In this document: positions 1 to 10,315 of the stretch, piece by piece
Layout: every line of letters begins with the position of its first letter
Position numbering within the stretch: position 1 is the stretch's first letter
NCBI GenBank assembly: GCA_965230935.1
Contig: OZ246400.1
Span: 694,359-758,358 of the forward strand
Length of the DNA: 64,000 bases
Reading direction: 5' to 3'
Source: an uncultured Gammaproteobacteria bacterium
Lineage (GTDB): Bacteria; Patescibacteriota; Patescibacteriia; Magasanikbacterales; JBBTQS01
The notes under the pieces: generated by a model
Database searches by the model: none
What the model saw: the letters and a program-made list of their open reading frames with translations, nothing else
What the model was told of the DNA's origin: nothing
Made by a program: the position numbers and the translations under genes

Positions 1-1549
1 CTTTACTGTTGTCAGATAGATTTTGTGCAGCTTCAACTATCCCATATTCTTCCTCAGCGCGGGCTGCAAAATATGAGGAGAAGGTGACCGCCCGCCAGTC
101 ATCACGGTGAATTGCTTTGTCTTGCCAGCGGAATTTGAATAAGTCAATCAGATCAAGCATCACTAGGTGTTTTTCTTCGGTAAGCTCACCTGCTCGCGCA
201 AATAGTGTTGGTACCGAATCATTACTGAGACGAACCAGATAATCAGTATCAAGCGCTGCGTTTACTTTTCCTTGAACAAGATAACGATCGATATTCGTGT
301 TTACAATATGTCGTTCGACATTCACACTAGTAAATGCCATAAGTGCTGCCAGGACAATGATGGATTGAACCACAAATGCTCGTGCTAAGGACAGGCGCAT
401 CGCAATAAAGATTACCCCAAGCGTATACATGGCAACCAGGGTAAGAATGGTCCAGGCAACATACACACGCAAGAGCGTAAGACCAAACTCAGCTTGGTAC
501 AACCCCATGCGTTTGAGTGCAGAAAAACACACGACTATGGTGAATACACACAGGAGTGCTGCAAGTGCGCGCATCATCACGCTTTTGGTTCGGGTTATGG
601 TGCGGTAGAGAAATGCCAGGATTGCCGCTACCAAAAATACCGCAACAAGCAGTTGGAAAAATCCTTCCCGTGCGTATTCCGCATACGTGATGTCGCGGAG
701 TTCAAAAATATCACCACCAATAAAGAGGTAGCGAACCTGGATATAGATAAAGAGCAAGAAGATACCATTGAGGCTCCACAGCACTGTGTTTACGATCGTG
801 CTGCTATAGGTTTTGATCTCGTGCACTTTGCGCAGCACCTCATGTTTGCTACTGGAGAAAAAGTACAGCACGCTTGCGAGCAGAATGGTCCAGAACAATA
901 CTTTGATTACACGCCAGAAAGTAATGAGATCAATGTCGAGTTTGCGCCAAAAATCGATCACTGCTTGTTTAAAGATCGGATCAGCAGAACTAAAGATCCA
1001 GATGAAGAGTAGTACTAGTGGAATACCAATAGCGAGCCCAAAGATAATGTGGTTTAAGCGTCGTTTTTGTTTTGGACCGTCTCCAATCAAACTGTCTCGT
1101 TTGAGGTCTTTAATCACAAATTTGGTCGCCGAGAATGGTAAAAACAGATCCTTGACCATGCGCACGTTAAAGAGGTGAAATGGCGCGCCAGATTTGTTAC
1201 GCAAAGTTAGCCAAGAGCAGTAGATAATAATGAGTGCAATAACAATAAGTGGGACAATGTAGTTTACGAAGTTGGTTTCAAATCGCGCAACATTTAGTGA
1301 GAGGATACCAATCGGAATGAGTAACCACAATGCAGCAGTTTGCATTAGGTGGCCATAGCGCCACATGGTGAGGGTGAAGATCGTGATAAAAATCACCACA
1401 TATGCAAAAAAGGCGAGTCCAGAATCAACTCCCCAGAAAAACAAATTTGCCAGCGCAGCAAGAATAAGCGCCACAGCAGTGAGTGTTAGTCGTTTGGGTC
1501 GATGTTTGGTGAGGACATCATGGATGTCGGAGTGTTGTTCGTTGTGCAT
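1..1549 (-). CDS. multi-pass membrane protein, partial: start codon at 1549, C-terminus beyond window start
   Basis: Manual reverse-complement translation from ATG 1549 gives an uninterrupted ORF to position 1 with many hydrophobic segments. The plus-strand ORFs listed here are short, in mixed frames, typical of antisense. Confidence 0.5.
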   Translation of the reverse strand, partial: MHNEQHSDIHDVLTKHRPKRLTLTAVALILAALANLFFWGVDSGLAFFAYVVIFITIFTLTMWRYGHLMQTAALWLLIPIGILSLNVARFETNFVNYIVPLIVIALIIIYCSWLTLRNKSGAPFHLFNVRMVKDLFLPFSATKFVIKDLKRDSLIGDGPKQKRRLNHIIFGLAIGIPLVLLFIWIFSSADPIFKQAVIDFWRKLDIDLITFWRVIKVLFWTILLASVLYFFSSSKHEVLRKVHEIKTYSSTIVNTVLWSLNGIFLLFIYIQVRYLFIGGDIFELRDITYAEYAREGFFQLLVAVFLVAAILAFLYRTITRTKSVMMRALAALLCVFTIVVCFSALKRMGLYQAEFGLTLLRVYVAWTILTLVAMYTLGVIFIAMRLSLARAFVVQSIIVLAALMAFTSVNVERHIVNTNIDRYLVQGKVNAALDTDYLVRLSNDSVPTLFARAGELTEEKHLVMLDLIDLFKFRWQDKAIHRDDWRAVTFSSYFAARAEEEYGIVEAAQNLSDNSK

Positions 1550-1553
1550 AGTG

Positions 1554-2390
1554 TTATGATTCACGAATATGTTTAAGGATCTTGAAATCTTTCTTTACCT
1601 TATCATGTTGGGTTTCTAAGTAAAAGTTTATGTTTTGCAGACGTTTTTCTTTGAGGATCGCTTTAAATCCTTCAAGACCAATGTGGCCATCGCCAATATG
1701 CTCGTGGCGATCGCGTTGCGCCCCAAGTTCCACCTTTGAGTCGTTGCAATGACTCATTTTGAGATTTTTGAGGCCGATGATATTGTCGAACTCATCAAAT
1801 GTTTTTTTCACTGCAGCTTTGGTGCGCAGATCATAGCCAGACCCAAAGGCATGCTGGGTGTCAAAGCATACCCCGATCTTGTATGGTTTGAGTTTTTTGT
1901 GCTTAATGATTTCTGCAATTTCCTCAAAACGGTCACCAATTACTTGTCCAGCCCCTGCGGCCATTTCAATAAGGAATTGTGTTTTTCCACTGTAGCCATC
2001 AAGCATTTTGTCGAGGCCTTCAATTACTTTTTTCATTCCTTCTTTCTCACCCAGATCTTTAAATGAACCTAAGTGGGTCATGACATACTTTGCGCCAATT
2101 GTGCTCCCGCGCTCAAGCTCATCACGGACTACATTGATTGATCCATATCGGATGCGGTTATTTGCTGAGGCAAAGTTAATATAATAGGGCGTATGAATAA
2201 CCCACTCTTTGAGATTGTATTTTTTACATTCTGCTTTAAACTGCTTAGCGATCTCAGGAGTGATCTCTTTGGCTTTGCCGCCTTGTGGAGAGCGGCTAAA
2301 TATTTGAAAAACCTCGCACCCTAAATCTGCTGCACGTTTTGGTGCATTTTCTATCCCTCCTGCGATTGATACGTGGCAGCCGAATAACAT
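1554..2390 (-). CDS. nfo: endonuclease IV (AP endonuclease family 2)
   Basis: Motifs HVSIAGG, HTPYYINFAS, IEMAAGAG, CFDTQHAFGSGYD and DRHEHIGDGHIG are typical of Nfo/xylose-isomerase-like TIM barrel. Confidence 0.9.
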   Translation of the reverse strand: MLFGCHVSIAGGIENAPKRAADLGCEVFQIFSRSPQGGKAKEITPEIAKQFKAECKKYNLKEWVIHTPYYINFASANNRIRYGSINVVRDELERGSTIGAKYVMTHLGSFKDLGEKEGMKKVIEGLDKMLDGYSGKTQFLIEMAAGAGQVIGDRFEEIAEIIKHKKLKPYKIGVCFDTQHAFGSGYDLRTKAAVKKTFDEFDNIIGLKNLKMSHCNDSKVELGAQRDRHEHIGDGHIGLEGFKAILKEKRLQNINFYLETQHDKVKKDFKILKHIRES

Positions 2391-2395
2391 AATGT

Positions 2396-3037
2396 TTATG
2401 GCATACTCACTTTTTCAATCCCACCAGTGATCGTATTCACTTCATACCAGCCAAATGTCACAATTCTCTCTGGCAAATTTTCATATACATGAACAGTATA
2501 AAGACCGCTACCACCACTATCAATTGCAAATCCGGTTGTACCACCAGTAATTGGTGAAGTTCCGTTAGGTTCTGAGAAAAGCTTCATCCATTCTTGAACT
2601 TCTGGGAGCTCTTGCACCAGATCAATTGCATACTCTTCTTCGGTTTTGTCTGTCTCACCAAGCTTTTCCTTTGTAGAATTTTTTTCTTGGATCGTAAGGG
2701 TTTTCGCTCGGATCAATGGAAAACATTCTGAATCCGCCATAGGTCCACAGATTTCATCAAGCAAGCCACTGACAAAAATATATTGGCCAAGATATTGTGC
2801 AATGTCGCTGTCCTCTATATATACACGCTCACTTGAGGGAGAATCAACGTAGTATCCTTGGGGCGGAGTAAGCGAGGCAGTCATGTCTGGCTCAGGTGAG
2901 TAGAGTACCGTACCAAAAACACCAACCGGTTTTTTAGTTCCGTAGTACAGCGCTGATGAAATGATGATTACACTCACAACAATGAGTATTCCAGAAAAAA
3001 TAGCAAGTCCTGAAATGCGACGACGAGGTGTTTTCAT
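2396..3037 (-). CDS. membrane-anchored/secreted hypothetical protein
   Basis: N-terminal transmembrane/signal segment (LAIFSGILIVVSVIIISSALYY). No recognizable catalytic motif. Confidence 0.5.
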   Translation of the reverse strand: MKTPRRRISGLAIFSGILIVVSVIIISSALYYGTKKPVGVFGTVLYSPEPDMTASLTPPQGYYVDSPSSERVYIEDSDIAQYLGQYIFVSGLLDEICGPMADSECFPLIRAKTLTIQEKNSTKEKLGETDKTEEEYAIDLVQELPEVQEWMKLFSEPNGTSPITGGTTGFAIDSGGSGLYTVHVYENLPERIVTFGWYEVNTITGGIEKVSMP

Positions 3038-3043
3038 AGATGA

Positions 3044-3382
3044 TTATGCTAATTTATCTCCATTATGACATGGTTTGTCAGGTACTGCCAAAATTACTTT
3101 TCCATCAGGTTGCACAAAACCAGTGACCAAACATTCTGACACAAACGGGCCAACTTGTTTTGGAGGGAAATTAACAACTCCAATAATTTGTTTGCCAACA
3201 AGCTCTTCTTTTGAATACAGATCAGTAATTTGCGCACTTGATTTTTTAATACCAATTTCATCACCAAAATTGATGGTTAGTTGATATGCTGGCTTGCGCG
3301 CTTCTGGGAAATCTTGTGCATCGATAATAGTGCCTACGCTAAGTTTCACCTTTTCAAAATCGTCCCAAGAAATATGCCCCAT
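3044..3382 (-). CDS. tRNA-binding protein (CsaA/YgjH, EMAP-like domain)
   Basis: 112 aa, with KLSVGTIIDAQDFPEARKPAYQL...IGVVNFPPKQVGPFVSE characteristic of the tRNA-binding domain. Confidence 0.75.
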   Translation of the reverse strand: MGHISWDDFEKVKLSVGTIIDAQDFPEARKPAYQLTINFGDEIGIKKSSAQITDLYSKEELVGKQIIGVVNFPPKQVGPFVSECLVTGFVQPDGKVILAVPDKPCHNGDKLA

Positions 3383-3489
3383 ATGATTTTAGAGTTTAAT
3401 TTAGCTAAATTTAGAATATTCTAAGTATACGTTGTTTTATCTTAAATTAAAAACTTTGCTTATTTTAAATAAAAAATAGCTAAAAAAGC

Positions 3490-3518
3490 TTGACAAAATC
3501 GCTTTTTTGTGCTATAGT
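3490..3518 (+). promoter_or_regulatory. consensus sigma70 promoter (TTGACA-17 nt-TATAGT) for cassette A
   Basis: TTGACA at 3490-3495, 17 nt spacer, TATAGT at 3513-3518. GC-rich sequence begins immediately downstream. Confidence 0.55.
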
Positions 3519-3580
3519 ACGTGGTCGTTGGGTTGATCTCAGCGGCAGAGCCTCCCTTTGATAGGGAAAGGAGAACGTTT

Positions 3581-4046
3581 CGTGAAGACTTTCGAGTTCA
3601 ATTTCAGCGAGTCCGTGGCCTTCCGTCGGTTCATGCAGGAGCTCACCTGGCGCCGGGATTCCCTGCCCCTGAGTGACCTGTTCGAGCGTACCGAAGGGAA
3701 CGGTAAGCGTCGTGAGTGGTTCAACCTCTCCAAGGTGGAGACGGGCGACATCATCACCTGCACCGTGAGGGAGTACTTCGTCGGCTTCGGGTTCAGCTAC
3801 CCCGATGGTGGCAGCGACTTCATCAACCTGACCGGCACGGACGTGATGGATCAGGACGACACCTGCCGGTACCGTGAGGTGCGGTTCTACGTCCAGGACA
3901 TGCCCCGCGGCGAGGACGAGCTCATGGCTACCGTCGTGGTGGCCAAACGAGAGCGCTCCTACGAGGACGGGGACACGACCCGCTACAACACCATCTGGGC
4001 CGTGGACCTCGTGTGCTGGGAGGGCGACTGGGCTCTGGACGGCTAA
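3581..4046 (+). CDS. hypothetical protein, GC-rich cassette A (155 aa from GTG; listed ORF starts at TTG 3558)
   Basis: About 60% GC ORF in a roughly 45% GC backbone. AGGAGA RBS 7 nt upstream of GTG 3581. High GC3 codon usage. No recognizable domain. Confidence 0.55.
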
Positions 4047-4103
4047 GCGCCGCTCCACGACTTCGCTCACGGCGCCGCTCAAGCATTCCATTTACCAAAC
4101 AAC

Positions 4104-4148
4104 ACGACGGCCGCCCCCATTTTACCCGGGAGCGGCCTTCGTTTTTTG
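4104..4148 (+). terminator. rho-independent terminator of cassette A
   Basis: Stem ACGACGGCCGC / GCGGCCTTCGT followed by T5. Preceded by CA-rich AACAACACGAC. Confidence 0.5.
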
Positions 4149-4168
4149 AACAGAATTGCGAGCGCGAA

Positions 4169-5449
4169 TTATTTGATAATCAACTCACGAAGTTGATCAA
4201 CTGCTTTGCGATTCGCCAACATAGGCTTGAGCGACTCGCGGGTATCTTGCGTATCAATTTGCTCAAGTGCCTCAGCGTTGTCCTTGTACATTCCTTTCAT
4301 GGTCTGGATTTCTTTCTCAATCTCTTCGTCTGTGGCAGCAATACTTTCTTGCTCGCAATAGGTACGTAACACCAAAGTGGTTTTGACTCGTTTTTCCGCT
4401 TGCTGCGCATATCCTTCCATGACTTCGTCCTGGGATTTTTTAATTGATTCCAAATATTGTTCCACTGTCATGCCTTGCTGTTCAATACGAGATTTGAGCT
4501 CCATAAAGATACGACGTTTTTCAGTATCGATCAGCAACTGTGGAATTTCATCGAATTTTGCTTTGGTAATGATTCCTTCAAGCATCTCAATCTCTTGTCG
4601 CTCATGCTCTTTTTTGTCCGCCTCAGCCTGCATATTCTTTTGCAGAAGTTCAGTAAGTTTGGCCAAACTTTCCTGACCTAACCCTTTGGCAAACTCATCA
4701 TCGAGTTTTGGAAATTGGCGCTCAAACACATCTTTTACTTTGACTTTGAACTGCACCTCTTTGCCAGCCAAATGTTTTTGATAATGCTCTTTTGGAAACG
4801 GGAGAGTAAATGATTTTTCATCTCCTTTTTTAGAACCAATCAACTGTTCTGGTAATCCGGGTACATAATAGTCTTCACCAAGATATACTCCATGGTCTTT
4901 GGTGGTGCCACCTTCTACCACAACATTATCGAGGAGTAATTCCATATCAACCACCACCTTATCTTCTTTTGTGGCTGCGCCATTTTTAATCACCTCAGAT
5001 CCACGCATCTTGCGTAGGTTCTCAAGCGCATCTTTGGTTTCTTGTTCTGAGACGGTCTTTGATTTTTTCTCAACAGTAATCTTTTCAAGATTTGGTAGGG
5101 TTACTGAGGGGAGTACTGCCGCAGTGGCAGTAAATTCTAAATCATTGCCTGGTGCCATTTTTTTGATTGCCACCTCTGGCATACCAATGGTTTTGACTTT
5201 CTTTTCTTTAGTCGCAGCATAATATCCGGCTTGTACGATTTTCTCGAGTGCTGCTTCATAGATTGCCATTGCACCAAATTCTTGCTCCACCTTTTCATAG
5301 GGAGCTTTCCCACGTCGAAATCCCTTAATGTCACGATTTTCAGAAAGTTGATTTGCTGCCCGGGTAAGGTGTGGCTGCATATCATCGGTGCTCATGGTGA
5401 TGGTAAGTTCGACACGTGATTGGGGGAGTGTTTTGAGTTCTACATTCAT
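4169..5449 (-). CDS. tig: trigger factor
   Basis: 426 aa. N-terminal ribosome-binding region GFRRGKAP and overall trigger-factor architecture. Confidence 0.9.
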   Translation of the reverse strand: MNVELKTLPQSRVELTITMSTDDMQPHLTRAANQLSENRDIKGFRRGKAPYEKVEQEFGAMAIYEAALEKIVQAGYYAATKEKKVKTIGMPEVAIKKMAPGNDLEFTATAAVLPSVTLPNLEKITVEKKSKTVSEQETKDALENLRKMRGSEVIKNGAATKEDKVVVDMELLLDNVVVEGGTTKDHGVYLGEDYYVPGLPEQLIGSKKGDEKSFTLPFPKEHYQKHLAGKEVQFKVKVKDVFERQFPKLDDEFAKGLGQESLAKLTELLQKNMQAEADKKEHERQEIEMLEGIITKAKFDEIPQLLIDTEKRRIFMELKSRIEQQGMTVEQYLESIKKSQDEVMEGYAQQAEKRVKTTLVLRTYCEQESIAATDEEIEKEIQTMKGMYKDNAEALEQIDTQDTRESLKPMLANRKAVDQLRELIIK

Positions 5450-5555
5450 ATTGGTTAGCTAAAAGTGTGGGGCAAGTGTAGCAAAGTCGAAGTATTTGTC
5501 AATGTGGTCTGTATTTGCGACAATGGATTTGTTAGTTATTATCTTTATTGTAATG

Positions 5556-6160
5556 GTATGAAAACAATGATCACCGCAATGAGTGTTGTCGTGCTACTGG
5601 GTCTTATTGGCGCAGGGTGTGGTAACACGACTGAGTATTCAGATGAAGTAAGTACTAAAACACACACCATCGGGACAAAAACCCCTCACCCCGATGATAT
5701 TGATTTGATTACGCACACGGTTCCTGGAGAGTTCACGGTTGAGTACCCATCAAATTGGGAGACTGTTCCGTTTAATGGGGGCGAAGGCATTAACGTATTT
5801 TGGGCGCGTCACTTTGACCCAATGGCCAAGACTGGTATTGATGGGCTGCTTGAGAATTATCGTAGCGTGAACATTAGTCTTATTGATAAGCAAGGATTGG
5901 ATTTTAAAACACTTGCAGATAGTGTTTTAGAAAATGAAGAAGTGGATACTGCTGACTTTTTTGAAATCAATGGTCAGCCGGCGGTACGGTTTCCACGCCC
6001 ACTTCTTGAAGATGGCTCGAATGGCAGCTGGGTTTCGGTATTAGTGGATTACAAGGATGGAAAGTACGCATGGATTGATGGACAGTATGGTGTTGGTGAC
6101 GAGCAGGATGAAGTCGTCGCGCAGATTCATGCAGTACAAGAATCGTTTGTGATTCAGTAA
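5556..6160 (+). CDS. lipoprotein, hypothetical
   Basis: Signal peptide with lipobox LIGAGCGN. Start placed at internal ATG 5556 of the listed ORF. Confidence 0.5.
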
Positions 6161-6162
6161 GT

Positions 6163-6603
6163 ATGAGCGGAGAGCGGAATCAGAATGTTCCTTCAACCTA
6201 TATTGTTCCGATTCGAAATAACAAGGTGCTGTTACATCGTCGGTACAACACAGGATTCCAAGATGGAAAATATGGATTTGTTGCTGGACATGTCGAATCT
6301 GGAGAGACGTTTATCGATGGTATTATTCGCGAGACAAAGGAAGAGGCTGGGATTGTACTTTCGGCAGACAATCTTGAGATGGTGCACGTTATGCATCGGA
6401 GAACTCGAGATGATGAGCGCGTAGACGTATTTTTTAAAGTTACAGAATGGGAAGGGGAACCACAAAATATGGAGCCACATAAATGTGATGATATGCGTTG
6501 GTTCCCTATTAATGCTCTTCCTAATAATATGGTGAATTACATGACAGCGGCATTTGAGAGTATTCAAAAAGGAGTAATCTATAGCGAGTATGGATGGGAA
6601 TAA
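6163..6603 (+). CDS. NUDIX hydrolase
   Basis: Nudix box GHVESGETFIDGIIRETKEEAGI. Confidence 0.8.
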   Translation: MSGERNQNVPSTYIVPIRNNKVLLHRRYNTGFQDGKYGFVAGHVESGETFIDGIIRETKEEAGIVLSADNLEMVHVMHRRTRDDERVDVFFKVTEWEGEPQNMEPHKCDDMRWFPINALPNNMVNYMTAAFESIQKGVIYSEYGWE

Positions 6604-6696
6604 TATTCAGCGACTCAGACCACTGCATATGTTTTTTGAGGTGGTCGACACTTCTGATGGTGTTGTGACGCGGTTTGCAAAGTTAGATTAAATGAT

Positions 6697-6730
6697 TAAA
6701 AAAGAGCTCCTGGCTGGAGCTCTTTTTTAA
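6697..6730. terminator. bidirectional hairpin terminator between the Nudix gene and hppA
   Basis: AAGAGCTCC/GGAGCTCTT stem flanked by A and T runs. Confidence 0.5.
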
Positions 6731-6740
6731 TGTGATTGAA

Positions 6741-8738
6741 TTAGATCAACAGCCCAACGATGAGAAGCGCAACAATGTTTAAGATTTTAATCATGGGGTT
6801 AATCGCTGGACCGGCAGTATCTTTATATGGATCACCAACCGTGTCACCAGTTACTGCTGCTGCATGAGCAACAGATCCCTTGCCACCGTGGTTTCCGTCT
6901 TCAATAAATTTCTTGGCATTGTCCCACGCACCACCACCTGAGGTCATAGAGATTGCTACAAAGATTCCGGTGATAATACTTCCAACCAATACTCCACCAA
7001 GGGCAACAGGTCCTAATAAGAATCCTACAACAAGTGGTGCAAGCACTGGGATAAGTGCGGGAATGATCATTTGTTTGATCGCACCTTTGGTTACAATGTC
7101 AACAGTTCGACCATAGTCTGGTTTTGCTTTTCCTTCCATAATTCCAGCGATAGTTTTGAACTGGTGACGAACCTCTTTCACCACATCTCCTGCAACTTTT
7201 CCAACTGCTTCCATGGCATAGGCGCCAAAGAGGTATGGCAAAAGTCCACCGATAAAGAGTCCTACGATTACGTATGGATCACCAAGTTCAAACACCAACT
7301 CTTTGCCGCGTAGCACAAATTCTTCGGTGTAGGTTGCAAAAAGTACAAGTGCTGCTAAACCAGCTGAAGCAATCGCATATCCTTTGGTAACCGCTTTGGT
7401 AGTATTTCCGACTGCATCAAGTGGATCGGTAATGTTGCGTACCTTTTCATCCATCTCCGCCATTTCCGCAATTCCACCAGCATTATCAGTGATCGGGCCA
7501 TAGGCATCAATTGCCACAATGATGCCAGCCATAGAAAGCATGCTCATTGCTGCAATCGCCACTCCGTAGAGTCCGGCAAGTGTAAACGCACCAAGCATTC
7601 CAGCGGCAATCACAATTACTGGTAGAGCCGTTGATTTCATAGAAATTGCCAAGCCAGTAATAACATTGGTTCCATGGCCAGTTTCACTTGCTTTGGCAAT
7701 ATTGCGCACAGGTTTGTACTTGGTTGAAGTGTAGTATTCAGTGATTACTACCATAAGACCGGTCACTGCCAATCCAATTACTGCAGACCAGAAGATATCC
7801 ATGGTTACCTCAGGGAAGTAGTATTGTGCTGCAGGATAGAACATGATGAGCGCCAACACGCCGGCAACACCAAGTCCTTTATATAGCGCGTTCATGATGT
7901 TCTTTTTGCGACCAAGTTTGAAGAAGAAGGTTCCAATGATTGACGCAACAATTGAGATTCCGCCAAGCATCAGTGGGAACAAGATCGCATTGTCTCCGGC
8001 ACTCTTAAATACAATTGAACCTAACAACATCGCAGCAACAGAAGTTACCGCATAGGTTTCGAACAAGTCTGCTGCCATTCCGGCACAGTCACCGACATTA
8101 TCTCCAACATTATCAGCGATCACCGCTGGGTTGCGAGGGTCGTCTTCTGGAATACCTTTTTCAACTTTTCCAACAAGGTCTGCTCCTACATCCGCAGCTT
8201 TAGTGTAAATTCCACCACCAAGACGCGCAAATACTGAGATCAGCGACCCACCAAAGCCCAGACCAACGAGCACTTGCAAATCTTTTGTGATCCAATACAT
8301 AACCGTCACACCAAGGAGTGCTAACCCAACGACAAGAAGTCCGGTAACCGTTCCTCCTTTGATAGCAACATTAAGCCCGGGTGCCAATCCTTTTTCAGCG
8401 GCTTGTGCGGTGCGGACGTTTGCCCGGACTGAAACCATCATCCCGATGATTCCCGCCAGTGCAGAGAGTACTGCCCCTACCAAAAATCCGATTGCCACGC
8501 CCCAGCCAAGTGGACTAAATCCAAGAATTAAGAAAATAATAAGACCAATCCAAGCGACGGTCTTATACTGGCGCGTCAAATACGCGCGAGCACCCTCTTG
8601 GATTGCACGAGCAATGGCCATCATTTTGTCATTTCCTGATGGCTGCTTCATGATCCAAGCAGAAAGGTAAATGCCATATACAATTGCAATTACTGCGGCA
8701 ATTGTGGCACTAAGTAAAAGTGTCGTTACAGTACTCAT
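6741..8738 (-). CDS. hppA: membrane-bound H+-translocating pyrophosphatase (V-type H+-PPase)
   Basis: 665 aa polytopic protein with GDNVGDCAG and [11 protein letters not shown] signatures. Confidence 0.9.
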   Translation of the reverse strand: MSTVTTLLLSATIAAVIAIVYGIYLSAWIMKQPSGNDKMMAIARAIQEGARAYLTRQYKTVAWIGLIIFLILGFSPLGWGVAIGFLVGAVLSALAGIIGMMVSVRANVRTAQAAEKGLAPGLNVAIKGGTVTGLLVVGLALLGVTVMYWITKDLQVLVGLGFGGSLISVFARLGGGIYTKAADVGADLVGKVEKGIPEDDPRNPAVIADNVGDNVGDCAGMAADLFETYAVTSVAAMLLGSIVFKSAGDNAILFPLMLGGISIVASIIGTFFFKLGRKKNIMNALYKGLGVAGVLALIMFYPAAQYYFPEVTMDIFWSAVIGLAVTGLMVVITEYYTSTKYKPVRNIAKASETGHGTNVITGLAISMKSTALPVIVIAAGMLGAFTLAGLYGVAIAAMSMLSMAGIIVAIDAYGPITDNAGGIAEMAEMDEKVRNITDPLDAVGNTTKAVTKGYAIASAGLAALVLFATYTEEFVLRGKELVFELGDPYVIVGLFIGGLLPYLFGAYAMEAVGKVAGDVVKEVRHQFKTIAGIMEGKAKPDYGRTVDIVTKGAIKQMIIPALIPVLAPLVVGFLLGPVALGGVLVGSIITGIFVAISMTSGGGAWDNAKKFIEDGNHGGKGSVAHAAAVTGDTVGDPYKDTAGPAINPMIKILNIVALLIVGLLI

Positions 8739-8838
8739 ATAATATAGATAGCGTTAGATAGGTGTTGTAAAACTAGGGCTATAATAGGTGAGTGTCACGT
8801 AAAAGTCAATAATTGGGATGGAATTTTGCCTAAATTAC

Positions 8839-8876
8839 AAAGACCCTACTGCGTGTTGAAGCGCGAGAGGGTCTTT
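8839..8876 (-). terminator. hairpin terminator downstream of cassette gene B
   Basis: On the minus strand, stop codon, then CAACAACACACAACCACAA, then AAAGACCCT..AGGGTCTTT stem. Confidence 0.45.
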
Positions 8877-8893
8877 GTGGTTGTGTGTTGTTG

Positions 8894-10096
8894 TCAGGGC
8901 TCGTCGGTCTCCAGAGGTCCTGGGTAGAAGTTGATCCTCAGGGGGAACCACGTGCACTCGGCAGGGTCGCTGATAGGATCATCGGCCGTGGGGCAGATCT
9001 CTTCCAGCGTATTGCCGGATCGGAGCATCTCCGCGAGGTAGGCACGGTGCTCCTCGATACTTGGCGGTCCTTCGACCTTCACGACGATGTCTTGAGGAAG
9101 AGCGCCCTTGTGCTTGAGCTGTGAGACCACCTGCTCCAGTTGCTCAGGATCACCGGCTGCTGCCACGAGGGCTCGCGTGTCAGCATCTGAGAACTTGTCA
9201 GGATCCAGGGCGACGCACGCTTGCGGTTCCTGGGTCTCACCAGCTTCTTCAGTACCCTCTTGGGTGTCGCACCCGCTGAGGAACATGGATTGCATCTCCT
9301 CGTCAAGCTGGTGACGGCAGCCGGGGTTGAGTGCGGTGAAGAAGGTGAACGCCACGCTGAAGTGGTCTTTCAGGTACAGCTGGAGTTGGTACGACGTGTG
9401 CTTGAGAATATTGCACGCCTCATCACGCTCCCGAGCGGCTTGCGCATTGGAACCGGAGGCCGCATCCAGAGACTGCTCGATGAGGTCGTAGACCACCAGC
9501 CAGCCGCCTTCCATCTGGTTGGCGATGATTGCGCGAGTCAGGTCGCTCATCTGCGTCGGATCGCCCACTTCCTTTTGCTCGTCGATCGCCATGAGCATGC
9601 ATTGCTCAAGGCTCTCCAGTGGCGTCTCCTCAAAGGAACACGTGCACAGCGGGTGCGACGTGCCAAAGAGGGACAGGAGCATAACAGCAATGATCTCTTC
9701 TTTCGTCTCAGGCTTGGGCTCGACGGTCATGGCGCCGGAGACCACGCGCAGCAGTGCGGTGCTGCACAGCGCTTCCAGGTTGTCTTCCTGGTTACCTGCC
9801 GAGCGCATGATGTCCAGCAGCGCGTACCACGTGGCGTAGTCGTTTGCCAGTAGGAGCTGGGCGACCACGTGTGGCGTCTGCGGGTTCATCTTGTCCTCGA
9901 CCGGGGCGAGCAGCATCTTACGCACAGCTTGCATGCGCTCGAGCTTGTTCAGCTGCATGAGCTGCTCGTACGGGGTCGTGATGGTCGGCGCCTCGTCAGA
10001 CGAATCTCGTGGCTCCCAATCAGTGAGCCACAAGATTGTTCCTGCGAGGCCGATCAGGAAACCCAACGCCAAGGCGTTGAGTTGGAGTTTGGACAT
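8894..10096 (-). CDS. hypothetical membrane-anchored protein, GC-rich, paralog of the following ORF (cassette B)
   Basis: 400 aa, N-terminal TM. Shares motifs KLERMQxVR, DYATWYAL, SHPLC, GGW, FPGC and a C-terminal ICP..DPI..C with 10316..11494. About 60% GC. Own promoter TTGACA-17-TATGCT (10217-10245, minus strand) and GGAGGGG RBS. Confidence 0.6.
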   Translation of the reverse strand: MSKLQLNALALGFLIGLAGTILWLTDWEPRDSSDEAPTITTPYEQLMQLNKLERMQAVRKMLLAPVEDKMNPQTPHVVAQLLLANDYATWYALLDIMRSAGNQEDNLEALCSTALLRVVSGAMTVEPKPETKEEIIAVMLLSLFGTSHPLCTCSFEETPLESLEQCMLMAIDEQKEVGDPTQMSDLTRAIIANQMEGGWLVVYDLIEQSLDAASGSNAQAARERDEACNILKHTSYQLQLYLKDHFSVAFTFFTALNPGCRHQLDEEMQSMFLSGCDTQEGTEEAGETQEPQACVALDPDKFSDADTRALVAAAGDPEQLEQVVSQLKHKGALPQDIVVKVEGPPSIEEHRAYLAEMLRSGNTLEEICPTADDPISDPAECTWFPLRINFYPGPLETDEP

Positions 10097-10315
10097 ATGC
10101 CCCTCCAGAGGTAAAAGGTTGTGGTCTGTAGGTCAGCGCAATACACAATGCATCGCAGACCAATCAGTGTTGAGCAGTACTCAGCACGGTTGATGCACGA
10201 TTACAGACAACGATTCAGCATACACGATTTTTAGACGGTTGTCAAGATTGCGTAGTAATTAAAAAACGCCCGTAGCACGGAACGTTTTTCGTTGTTGGTT
10301 TGTTTGGAACGTGAC

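Noticed and set aside
494-1559. Three plus-strand ORFs (172, 121, 64 aa)
   Set aside because: They are mutually overlapping in different frames and antisense to a continuous minus-strand membrane-protein ORF. Their composition (Cys/His/Arg-rich) is typical of spurious frames.
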